A DNA stretch of 63,325 bases, filler included, from Saprolegnia diclina VS20 (Eukaryota): the NCBI RefSeq assembly GCF_000281045.1. It is 3 parts of one record of this genome, joined end to end, with 100 filler letters (N's around TTAATTAATTAA, not from the genome) between each part and the next. Parts side by side here need not be neighbours in the genome. Positions count along the whole stretch, not along the records: positions 14,841 to 38,159 come from NW_008246074.1; positions 38,260 to 63,325 come from NW_008246074.1; 1 more part is not named here. One strand, given 5' to 3'. Shown here piece after piece: positions 33,801 through 43,748 of the stretch (positions are counted from its first letter, which is position 1; each line of letters starts with the position of its first letter). Position numbers and translations under genes: made by a program. Below the pieces are notes generated by a model. That model saw only the letters and a program-made list of their open reading frames with translations, searched no databases and was not told the DNA's origin.

Positions 33801-34597
33801 TCGGCTCGCTTTTGCCAGAGCCCACTCGAGGCGGTGACGGTGATGAGCTGCTCCTTGGCGGTCGCCAGATCGGCTTCCAGTAGCTGGACGCGGGCTCTGA
33901 GGCCGGTTTCGTTCTCTTTGAGCAGACGGACTGTCTGGCGCAAGTCGTCGGTCGTCTTTTCTTGCCCGCTCGCCTTGGTGGCGGCCGCGACGTCAGCCGC
34001 CAACCGCGTAATCGTCGCCTGGAGGTCGCTGTTGGCACGTGTCAGCGTCTGAACCTGGTCGTCGCTGGCCTTTGCAGCGGTGCGCGCTTCCTGGAGCTGG
34101 CCCGCAGAGGCGGCGAGGGCGATCTGCTGCTGCGCCACGGACGACAAGAGGCGGCTGTATGTCGCTTTGACCGACGCATGTTGCTTCTCGTACTCGTTGC
34201 TCGTCGTGATGGCCACCTGTAGCTGTGATTCGAGCGTCTTCACCTTGGTTTCGAGCGCGGCGATGTGGCTACGACTGCTGTCGTCCCTTGCGTCGGTCGC
34301 GCTGGCCTCGGCGGTCGCTGTACCTGCGTGCCCGGGGCCGAGGCGGGCGCGGAGCTCGGCGTTCTTCGACGAGAGGAACTCGCACTTGTTGGTAAGCACG
34401 ACAATGCGGGCTTCGGTGTCGGCGGCGGCCGTCGTAGCCTCGGCCAGCTGCGCCTTCAAGGCCGCGACCGCGTCCGTCGCATTGCTCGTGCCGTTGGTGG
34501 TGTCGAGCTGTCCGAGCCGCCGGCGCTTGTTGAGGCGCTGTGCTAGGACGTCGGTACCTTCGTTGTTCGCTTGCACGGTCGTCTCTCGTCGGTCCAT
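30869..34597 (-). CDS. 1242-aa intronless coiled-coil protein with NLS-like N-terminus and globular C-terminal domain
   Basis: LNKRRRL; recurring QLEADLA.AK...WQQ.A..VE.L..EK.RL units; 7-aa DKQQLAT repeats. Confidence 0.85.
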   Translation of the reverse strand: MDRRETTVQANNEGTDVLAQRLNKRRRLGQLDTTNGTSNATDAVAALKAQLAEATTAAADTEARIVVLTNKCEFLSSKNAELRARLGPGHAGTATAEASATDARDDSSRSHIAALETKVKTLESQLQVAITTSNEYEKQHASVKATYSRLLSSVAQQQIALAASAGQLQEARTAAKASDDQVQTLTRANSDLQATITRLAADVAAATKASGQEKTTDDLRQTVRLLKENETGLRARVQLLEADLATAKEQLITVTASSGLWQKRAETQTKRAQELSNDKQCLASAMEQLKADLATAKAELVGSLASAASFAQWQQQAENAMAQVEDLMAEKTRLAQTVKQLVAAGKGSKQVDTLTTDKSRLVVDLADAKTQLNYALAAAKNAAQYQQQAKDCAQQVEDLSAEKGRLAAAVKQLVTSSNDIKKQLSASEAASAKWRQQAMTSSAKVDELSGKVDKLSAERDQLATEKDRLAADKGRLTIENEQLSTDKQQLATDKQQLIAEMDQLTADRERLAAMIKWLEADLTSSKAQVEELTVASANWQQKADDNSKEVETLIAGKARLESVLKWLEADLAAAKSAPGDARANKHEASPPTTTVGTLEGEGDAAQSGDAHWRQQLVVCEKRAEELMAEKNQVMDVVKQLKADLVFTKAQLEVATTAVEASKKQVRDLGASKGRLTTTIQQLSADLAKARAESHIVARAESHEKTQSHATLQAQIDALLDETRRQAAVIAQLEADLAAARRAPAPTADVATLQKQVQRFKDNKARLLETITQLEADRATIKGQLETALAAAGSSCNEAHAVTVEADRLRTELAALRDQMQLEAEVEAAAAAARKKELASLTAEVKQMRADLAAARLREYAAVKATILQTAASDENLQAATRRLEATIEELTAELTAAREELATATPASNVDTTAADLEAQRNDAQEDVASLRAQLAIAKRSTLETIRDFFRSVDSTFKFAGHGAVDALLDALYHADTSGAFEATDGIYIYAQRLLQPSGESAAAMYDAQLREIAATAPWLAMLPLRTPYLVPPHEHARGVVSDRLRRHIALVQQFWQDKSRDVWMSSFVLSLSPAVTMDLEDAVAEIVVDLVDLVTHNMVDRRIRHFLRYPHPSWPLVTRGIDALPVADAPAFLADEAAKLWPSCPGGAVHTPLDMTLRYLARHPSSDPTLSVGCASAVRSDVEAFCATVSTCPLVAMPMTLLAPCATSPSPGLELVGHERPLPTTHQWSAALEKAIPLFET

Positions 34598-36476
34598 GCT
34601 CGCGTCGTCGAGGCTGCCACGACGTGTCGGGTCGCAATCCAGTTGAATCCTCTCTTCCGTCCGAGTGGGCTAAAGGCGTTTGCATGGGAATTCCGGTTAA
34701 AAAGGTATAACCCCGCGAAAAGACGTATAACACGTATAACACCGACGTTTTACGGCAATAGACACGCGTGTATAAGAATTCCACCTGATTCACAACGCAA
34801 AAAGGCTACAACACATTTGAGTGGCTGCCGTCCATCTGGCGCTCTCCACACTGTATGAGAGCAATGCCTTAAACGGCTTCTGAACCAACGCGCCGGCCAG
34901 CGTATCAACCATGCTGTCGCCCTCATCATCCCAACGAGAAAGGACACGGCGAGTGTTATATCGTGTTAAACGTACCGCCCACCAGTGTATTGTTTTCCCC
35001 ACAAATGGTGTCGAGTTCGAAACGCACTGACGTACAATTTGCAAATTTTCGAAAGACGTGACGGGTGTCCTAAATTACACCCGAACAACGATACACGCTG
35101 GTGTTGATACACACTGGTGGCGTCCATAGAGCTCGTTTTCTCTACCACCTCGGGTAGATGGCATCATCTCAATGTCCCTTTTGACAAAGAAGCCAACATT
35201 GAATTCGGGAGGTATCGGATGTGGGAGGTAAAATTCGACTAGGCCCCAGTATGTGTCCCACGCAAATCGATTTTCCCGCCCTTTTTAGAGGACCGTTGTA
35301 CACGTTTTAGCAAGGACAAAGGACCATTGTACTAGATAGTCCATAAAATCAAATGTGAAAATAGATGAAAAATGTGTTGTTTCGCGCCACACCAATCCCG
35401 TCGCGGCTTTTGAACATGCTCTTGGTTTCGATTTGCGCTCAAAATGCAACCAGTCAAATTTTTGAGATGGAGAAAAACTCCTGCGTCGGAGGGGCATGCA
35501 AAATGCCACCACAGTGTTCGATACCTTGGGCGCACACTGCAACGCTCGACGAGTACCGCATAAATTGTGGGGGACTAACAAACGTGCCTAATAAAAGCGA
35601 AGAAGAAAAGAAGATTTTCGACAACGCTCGACCCAATTAGAGAGAAGGATCGCTCTCGTCACAAAATTTCCAGGTTTGCAGGTTTAAAACGGTGGGGACA
35701 CGAAAAACAAAACGAAGACAGACCCAGGAATCCTTGACTCCCCACGCGAAGTAGACAGATGTTGTTGGGCTTGGAGAGGGATGGTTACCGCGCGCTTGCT
35801 CTTGCGCCTTCGTCGTTCAAAGCAATCCCAAACGCGGTGACTTTTTGTTCCATACATTACATGTATCTTGATTGTGAGTGACAATATACCGGTATGTATA
35901 CTTAGCATCTTGTATTCAACGGGACTTTTCTCTCGTCACTTGATCGTGGTTGGGTCTAGGGGTCGGTTTCGCTTGTCAATATCAAGGGATATAAATTACT
36001 GTGCACTTTTAATAATATTTCTCCCTTGTCAATATATTCGCGTCCAAGTTGACACGAATGCGTGGGAGTTGGCACCAGTACTTGGTCGTTGGGAGTGAGC
36101 TCGGAGATCCACTTCGTCGCGGACCCGGCTCGCCGAGGGAGTGACGTTCACACGAGGTCGTTCGGACTCGGACTGCCGAGAGAGGAGTACAAGGTCGCGA
36201 TCGGAGCTTGCGCTTGGCGTTCGTGCTCGGGCAACTGCTTTATCCGGCAAGTCTCCATCTAACGCGAGGTGCGGCAAAACCGCCGTGGGCGAGGACAGGA
36301 CCATTTCAAAGCGACGGACGGACTCTATTGTCTCTCATTTTTTTGCTAGGATATTACTGCTAGACTGTGATGCGGATATCGCTTTCATCACATCGTCATT
36401 ACCGCGGCCGCCTTGCTTTTGGCGCCATGAGTAGAACTGGGATAAAAACACGCAACCCGTCGACACCGCATGCCAC

Positions 36477-37007
36477 TCACGACAGCGCGCCCGTCATATT
36501 TTTCTCCTTAAAACAATTGGGACTCGCGCTCGCAGCAATGCAGTGGCGGTGGAGAAAGCAGTGTTGACGTTTCTGGACTCCGCGTGCGCATCCTTGTACG
36601 ACGCACCGCTTGCCGCCACCGTGCCGCCGACAGTAGCCGCCGCTCTGGGAGCTCTTGGTGCAGTCGACAGCTGCGCAGCGGGTGCCGCCGCCATGCGCTT
36701 TACAGAGGCCCATCGTTTGTGCTGCCTTGTTGCAGTCACCGTGGCGGCACCGCCGACCCCCGCCGTGGCGTATGCAGAGCCCACCCATTTGGGGGCCGCG
36801 GTCGCAGCCGGCCATGTTGCACCGGCGCCGGTTGCCGTGGAGCGCACAATACCCGCGTTGCCAGAGCACTCGAGCCTGACACGTTGGCTCTAGACACGCA
36901 AACTTCTCGGTGGTGGGCGGTGATGGCGATGGCAGCGCGGCGGCGTCCAAGAGAACGTCAGCGAGAAATGCGAGTTCGGTACACGAAAAGGGGACCAGCA
37001 GCGCCAT
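36477..37007 (-). CDS. WRKY19-like zinc-finger protein with five CX4CX9-10CX2H repeats (no WRKY DNA-binding motif)
   Basis: CLEPTC..CALHG, CNMAGC..CIRHGGG, CRHGDC..CKAHGGG, CAAVDC..CRRHGGG, CVVQGC..CFLH. Confidence 0.88.
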   Translation of the reverse strand: MALLVPFSCTELAFLADVLLDAAALPSPSPPTTEKFACLEPTCQARVLWQRGYCALHGNRRRCNMAGCDRGPQMGGLCIRHGGGRRCRHGDCNKAAQTMGLCKAHGGGTRCAAVDCTKSSQSGGYCRRHGGGKRCVVQGCARGVQKRQHCFLHRHCIAASASPNCFKEKNMTGALS

Positions 37008-38159
37008 CGTATCTATTGGCAACTGCCGAATTTCGGAGGTGAACGCCGTTTGGTCACGACCGTAGCAAAAGCCGAGCTGTCCCACGGTGCCAACAACAAC
37101 CGCGCGTGTGGGCGTGGCGCATCGAGCCCTTGAAGGATATCCATACTTTTGCTATACACAGTTGCGATCTAGGGCTCAGGAGCACTCTCGTGGGTTCAAT
37201 TCCTCCTTGCGACCGCGGTCGCAAGAGGTACATACTAGTATGACTTGTCGTGGTTGTACTACTAGCATTGAGAAATGCGTGCTCGATGGGTACGCGTCGT
37301 GTACGGGTCGTCGAACTCTCGTCGGAGTGAATGGAACGCCTCATAATGAATCGATCGAGTATCGCAAATAGCCAATACTCGAAGAAGCTTGGTGGGCGTT
37401 GTTTTTTACCATAAACCTTCGGGTGCCTAATTTGTTTAGCGTGGGACAACGAACGCCCTCATAGGACGTGTACTCAGATAGTACAGTGTTGATGCCTCGT
37501 CGCAGTACTAAGATCGGCAATTTGCCCACTTCGCTCCGAGCTCCGGCACCTATTGCAACGACTTGTCGATCGAAATCAGGCCCCAACAACCATGAATCGA
37601 GATACTTCGATTTCTTTCGATCGCGGACACCCACACTTCAAGGTCCAACGCAGAGCCTAAACAAGGGTTGTTGCCAATACGGCGTGGACCTTGAGCGACA
37701 CACGGGAGACAACGCGCAACAGATCTACGAAATTGCACAACCATCGCTGGACGCCCCTCGCTCTCGTACAAAAGACGCCCAGTCGCCTGTCTCCGTCTAA
37801 CTGAGAAAGGTGCTCGCGGCAAACGGCCGAGTGTCTGCAGCGTTAACAAGTGGACGCTTTCTTTTTGCATGGCCAACCGGCATCACAAACCGACGACAAG
37901 TGTGTCGCGTGTCCGGTTACGCACGCCGGATATGATGTTTGTATTAAGAGACTTAGCAGTAGCACTGCGCAAGGCTCAACCCAGGCGAGAACACAACACG
38001 AGCTTAGCAGCGCATAAGCGAGCAAGGCAGGTGGAAAGGGGGCGTCAAATGACCAAGTGAGCGCAAAGCTCTGCCACCCAAAAACCACCTCCTTTGAGAA
38101 TATATTACATGGACATATCACTTCTTGGAGACCATCGTTGGAGATACCTGAGACGAATG

Positions 38160-38259
38160 NNNNNNNNNNNNNNNNNNNNNNNNNNNNNNNNNNNNNNNNN
38201 NNNTTAATTAATTAANNNNNNNNNNNNNNNNNNNNNNNNNNNNNNNNNNNNNNNNNNNN
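38160..38259. other. Assembly gap with artificial TTAATTAATTAA linker
   Basis: Same layout as 14741-14840. Confidence 0.95.
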
Positions 38260-38734
38260 TGACTGCAAGCGTGCTTCGACGTCTGCGATAATGGTAAAGT
38301 TGGCCGAGCAACCGCGTCGGCAACGCTGTTCAACAAGTCGCATCGCTTTGAACCCCAACGGCAACAAACGCAACTACATCTACTCTAGTACCGGTACTAC
38401 ATCTACTCTAGTACTTCTTAATAGTACGGGCATGAGTCATGGTACGGGCCAGACGAGCGCTGACCCGTCCGACGAGCCTCGATTGGTTGGCTGCATGATG
38501 CTGGTGCTACGTACTCGTCCTGCGGCGTGTCATCTTGCGTGTCAACGGAGCAGTCGCAGACATCCCTCGAGAGCCTCGCGAGCTTGCGTAGCTTTGCTCT
38601 ACATCACGTAGAAGGATCTCTCGGAGCCCATCGTCATTGCCTTTTGACAAGTCCGCAAATGCCTGTCCGCGTCCGCCGTGCACAGAAGCAAGACGAGCTT
38701 GACGCTGCCAGTCGGATAGTTGGATACAGATCGG

Positions 38735-38766
<32 letters not shown>
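38735..38766. repeat. (TAGA)8 microsatellite
   Basis: Read directly. Confidence 0.97.
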
Positions 38767-39195
38767 CCTGCGGTGCCGGGTTGTGCTAACGCAACGGGGA
38801 ACGACCCCGCACAGCACAGATTTGCGGCTTACGAGACGTCTTGTGGCCTACTAGTAGTAGATGTAGATATCTTTTGGCCCAGCGTTGCTGTGGTCTACAC
38901 CACGTCCGTGCATATGGATCAACCTTGCAAGGAGAGAGGTCGACTTGACGAGTAGAAGCTGTTGTACGCACGCACGGTCCGGTCCAGTTTTTATGGCTTG
39001 CTTCAGATGACGGTGACATAGTCGTCGTAGCCCAGAAACTCTGAAGCCCATAAGCTATCTTGGGAGACCGGGTACGTGGGGTCTTGTGGTGAAAACGACG
39101 GGTTCGCCGCGTATGGTGCAACGCAGAGGGACCAGGCTATCCAAAGTACCAATACTAGTGGGCCTATGCAGCCAATCGCATCAACGTGGCTGGTA

Positions 39196-39788
39196 CTGTT
39201 CGTTTGGGCAAAACGAAAATGGGCTTCACAAGAAAAAGGAAAAATTAAAATCTAAAACCATATAAAAAATCGCCAGAATTTTATACGTCGATTGGAAATG
39301 CAATACAATGCGAAATGGGCTGGTTTCATGACGATATCCAGCTTTAAAAATCGCTTCGTTTGGCGAATTAAAAGCCAGATTCCATCGCAATTCCGATTGA
39401 AATAGAGTTTTTTTAATCCGTCACTCGAATAAAAATGCAATATTTTTATTTCGTATCACTGTCACACAATGCGTGCTTATTATTGGCTGGTGAATAAAAA
39501 CATTCAAAAATTAAAATAACGTGTCGAAAAAAATAAAACAATACGGTGGCAAATTTCACGCCGCGAGCGCCGCCGCGCATTTTTTTCTTTCATGAGCGCA
39601 ACCGTGCTTGATGCACGGGCCCCGCGAACACTACGTCGAATATGGAAAAAGCGGCGACGTAACGCGATGCACGCTAATTTTATACGTCGCGTGACGTCGC
39701 CACTTTTTCCATATTCGGCGTTGTGCTCGCGGGGCCCGTGCAGCAAAATTTGCCTCCATACCCATTTTCGTTTTGCCCAAACGAACAG
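39196..39788. mobile_element. 593-bp MITE / non-autonomous Tc1-mariner-type DNA transposon
   Basis: Perfect 28-bp TIRs CTGTTCGTTTGGGCAAAACGAAAATGGG (39196-39223 and 39761-39788), TA on both sides (39194-39195, 39789-39790), AT-rich interior, no transposase ORF. Confidence 0.92.
39612..39742. repeat. Internal inverted repeat: 60-nt arms, 11-nt spacer, 7 mismatches
   Basis: 39612-39671 compared by eye with the reverse complement of 39683-39742. Confidence 0.92.
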
Positions 39789-41035
39789 TACCGAGTAGGC
39801 AGTGTTCGCCCCCTCAGGCGTCCCGCGCCAATGTTCTCGATGAGGTGCGAGAGTGTTGCGCTGCTGACTTTTCGAGTGTTCTCAACGTTGCATCCCCTTA
39901 CCCACAGCCGCCAAGTGGTTCCGGCGGCAAAGTAGTTCAGAGGACACGCGTCCTTTCTATCTTGTTCGTGGCGTGCGTCATGTGCGCGACGCTTTGGCAC
40001 TTGAGCTTCAACTATGCGCGGTGACGACAAAGACAAGGCGCGTTGCAAAAGCACTGGCTTGGTACCACAAATGGCGTCACGTTAACGTGACCACAGCCAC
40101 GACGGCAGCCAGCTCGCTCCTTCGTTCTGGAACAGGCCGATGACATGACAAGCTCCTTCGCTGCTCCTTTGTTCGTCGGCCCCGTAGCGTATACAGGACG
40201 ACAAACGACGTCGCGTGAACCGCCTTTTCGACATCGTATTGAACGGCTGACGACTGACGATCTCACGAGTCGATGCGGTGAGGGTGTCGGTTCGGCGTCT
40301 ATTTGCGCAGAGTCAACGATCCACGACAAGGTGGTGACACAAAGTAGTCTCGACAACACGGCTACTATCGCCGACTGCGAGTAACACGAGGCGTCGCGTC
40401 CATCACTGCTTCAACTACCAAGACAGGTACAGACCGTTTCGTCTTGATGTTCCTTGGAATATAGCCTGTTGGCGTCTTCTGGAGCGAGATTAATAATGGG
40501 TGGCCACGCGCTTTCGTGGCCATCGCACGCGTTCGATGCGCGTACCAGAGCCAGCGACTTGGCTATTGGGATCGAAGGACCGGCTTGCCGCCTGTCTGTG
40601 TCATACTGCATGACTCACCATGTCAACTAACCATCACCACGCGTCTCTGTGCGGCGGTGGCGAAGCCCGTCAACTTTATGGGGTCGAGCCAGCGCCATTT
40701 GACACAGTCGCTACTAGAACAGTCGCTACTAGAGTAGAGTAATCGACGCCGTCCTAGTCGCTGCATACAACAGCCAAGTGCAAACTCGCCAGTTTGCACT
40801 CGAGAAATCCAGACCAGCGCCGTGTGACTAATGGCCATATTATTACGTCGCGTTTCGTGCGTCTGCAACCACACTTTATTGTATTGTCTTGATGTTTGTA
40901 TACATTGGCGCGCTCGGCCGGGTGGGTGCATTAAAATGCGCGTGATTATTTGCACGCCGCGACCATCCACTAAAGTCGACGCAGAACGGCCAAGTCGGAT
41001 TCCCGCATCGGACAAGTCCACCGCAGCAGCGACGC

Positions 41036-43221
41036 ATGAGCTGCTGGGACTGCTGCATACGCGTGCTCAAGCGCTGCCTTCCGCGCAATGACATTGTGCA
41101 GGAGCTCGCGCCGTACCTCAACACGACCAACGGCGGCTACACGGGCCAGAACGGGACCAACGGCCGCGCGATCACCAACACGGGCATGACGCACCGCACC
41201 AACTCGGAGCGCGACCTTGCTGGCGGCTCGAGCGGGCCGCACTCGCAGCGCACGCGCCGGCGTGACGGCGAGGTCATTGATAATCCTGCGTCCGCGGCCG
41301 TCTCGGCGGGCCGCGGCAAAGGCTCGATCCTCAACCCAAAGTCGCTGCAAGCGGTCAAGAGCAGCAGCGGCTCGAACCGGTCGCTGCCGCGCAGCGACAC
41401 AGTGGGCACCAACGGCTACGACTACACGCAGCGGCCCGAGCACCGCTCGATGACCGACGTGTACCTCGAGTTTAGCGAGACCGCCGACATCCGCGCCTTG
41501 GGCTACGCCGGCGCCATGCGCCTCTCGTCCGGCCACCACGCGACGTCGCACGTGTCCGACCCGTACACGCACGACTTCATGTCGACCGACGTTCAGCTCC
41601 CGATTTTGCAGGCACAGACGTCGGTGACCAACTCGGACGACGCCATGTCGGATGAGATGAACGTACTCGTGTACGTCTCGATCGCGGCCTTTCAGCGGCT
41701 CTCGCGGCAGTTCCAAGAGCTCATGGAGGAGGCCACCGCGCTGTATGTGCACATGATCCGGTCGCGCCTCGTCGAGTACGGCGGCATCGAGCTCCGCTTC
41801 AACGACGAATTCTTCATCCTCGGGTTCCACTCCGAGTACAACGCAGCGCGGTGGTGCCTCGCAATGCAGCTCGGCCTCATGTACGCTGCGTGGAACCCCA
41901 AGTTTCTCAAAGCACCGGAGGCCCAAGAAGAGCTCTCGCCCGAGAAGCCGACGCTCGTCTTCCGCGGCCTCCGCGTGCGCATGGCGATCCACCTCGTCGG
42001 CTCCGAGACCGACCACGAAGATGAGTTTCAAGACCTTTGCGATGAGAAGGAGACCAACCCGAAGGATCTCGTCCGGCTCATTGGCGAGTGCGCGCACGGC
42101 GGCCAGATTGTGCTCTCGGACGGCGCATGGGAGAAGCTCAAAGAACAGCTCGTGCAGATGGGCAACCCGGTTGTCGAGGACCTTGGGAAGCACCTCGTGG
42201 GCGGGTACCCGCTCCAGCTCTTCCAGCTGCTGCCCAAGCACTTGGAAGACCGGCGGTTCCTTACGCTCATGTCGCCGCGGCAGTTGGCGCCTGGCATGCG
42301 CGATGCGCCGGCGGCCGGTGGCGAAGTGACCATGGTGTTTACCTTTATCGAAGGCGCGCGGTCGCTCATGCTCAGCGACGCGCACAGCCTCGTCTCGCGC
42401 GTCAAGTCGATCTGCACCTTGTCGCGCAAGCTCCTCCGCCAGTTTCACGGCTACGAGTGCCAAGAGCTCCAAGGCGTACGTCTCGCACTCTATATCTCTA
42501 CATGCCACGGCTCATGGATGACCGACTGTAGGACTTTATGCTTGCCTTTCACCGTCCGGCCGACGCTGTCGCGTGGTGCGCCCAAGTCCAAAAGCAAGTC
42601 TACGCGCTCTTCGAGTCGGACCCGACCGGCATCCAGTTTCGCATCTCGATCGGTGTCGAGACCGGGGTCCCTGTCAGCGTGAGTCCGCACAAGTCGAGTG
42701 GCCGCGCCGACTACTTTGGCAACATTGTCAACCAAACCGCGCGCATCGCCAAGGCGTCGCGCGGCGGCCAGATCCTCATTGGTGGCGATGCGTGGACGGC
42801 CTTTCTGCAAGACACGACGTCGTACTTTGAGACGGCACCGCGCGGCGCGGCATCAACGCCGTGCTACTTCAAGTCGCACGGCAAGTTCCTCTTCAAGGGC
42901 ATTGCGTCCGGCACGCTCTTGATCGAAGCCATTCCCAAGGGCCTCGAGCACGTTGTGCACTCGCCGATCACGGCCAAGCGCTGCAAGAAGCGCGAGAGCC
43001 GCGCCGACTTGGGTCCGAACGGCACGCAGCTGCTCTACGTCTGGAGCCAGTACTCGCTCGAAGAGGCGGGCTGCTCGACGATCCGGGACACGGAGCTCTT
43101 TGATGAGAAATCGTGGTACGGCAGCCTCTCGGAGATGTCGACGTCGGACCTCCGGTCGTGGTTCAACGATGAAAACAACTCAAACCTCGGCTTCTCGTCG
43201 CTCAACGAGACGTACGTCTAA
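41036..43221 (+). CDS. Class III nucleotide cyclase-like protein with two cyclase domains; one intron (42476-42531)
   Basis: FRGLRVRMAIH, AHGGQIVLSD, VTMVFTFIEG, YECQELQG|DFMLAF, FRISIGVETG, RADYFGNIVNQTARIAKASRGGQILI. Confidence 0.87.
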
Positions 43222-43748
43222 GAAGCCGCTATCTAGTTTAGAAGATACAACAAAAACGTAGTAGAGAAAGAGACGCAAGAGCGCATATATGGTCGTTAAT
43301 ATAACTTATTCTAGTCAGGAGGTCGTAGTCGTCATCATAGACCGCGTGTCAGCACCTCGCCAAGTGGCCTCCTATGCACGTGGGAGAAGGCGACGCGACG
43401 TGTCCAGCTGCATCCAACAGGAGGCCCGAAGCTGCCAGTAGGAATGACACCACCTTGTCCTGATGCAGTCGCGGTGACGACCCACTGCGGCCAAAGGGCC
43501 AAAGTCAAACAGCGACGGCGTCAAGGCCGAGACAGCGTCCTTGCAGGTCATGAAGTCGACGTACTTTGCGAAGATCAACACCACATGCAACCGACGTCAA
43601 GGGACTATAGGCGGTGAGTCAGCTGGCAGGCGATAAGCCGTGAGAAGCAACTACGGAGACGGTAGCCGCAGCCTTTATACGCTCGACAAACGACCCAATT
43701 CGTAACAGTTTGGGAACGACCGGTATTTATAACGCGACTAGCACCAAG

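Noticed and set aside
35250..35702. AT-rich block bounded by GTGTCCCAC / GTGGGGACAC
   Set aside because: Inverted match is only about 9 bp and imperfect, with no clear target-site duplication.
36477..37007. Call as a true WRKY transcription factor
   Set aside because: No WRKYGQK motif; only the common oomycete-expanded zinc-finger repeats.
40970..42508. Long antisense ORFs (e.g. 512 aa here; also 4194-5057, 27955-28929, 61352-62446)
   Set aside because: Shadows of GC3-rich genes on the opposite strand; no independent motifs.
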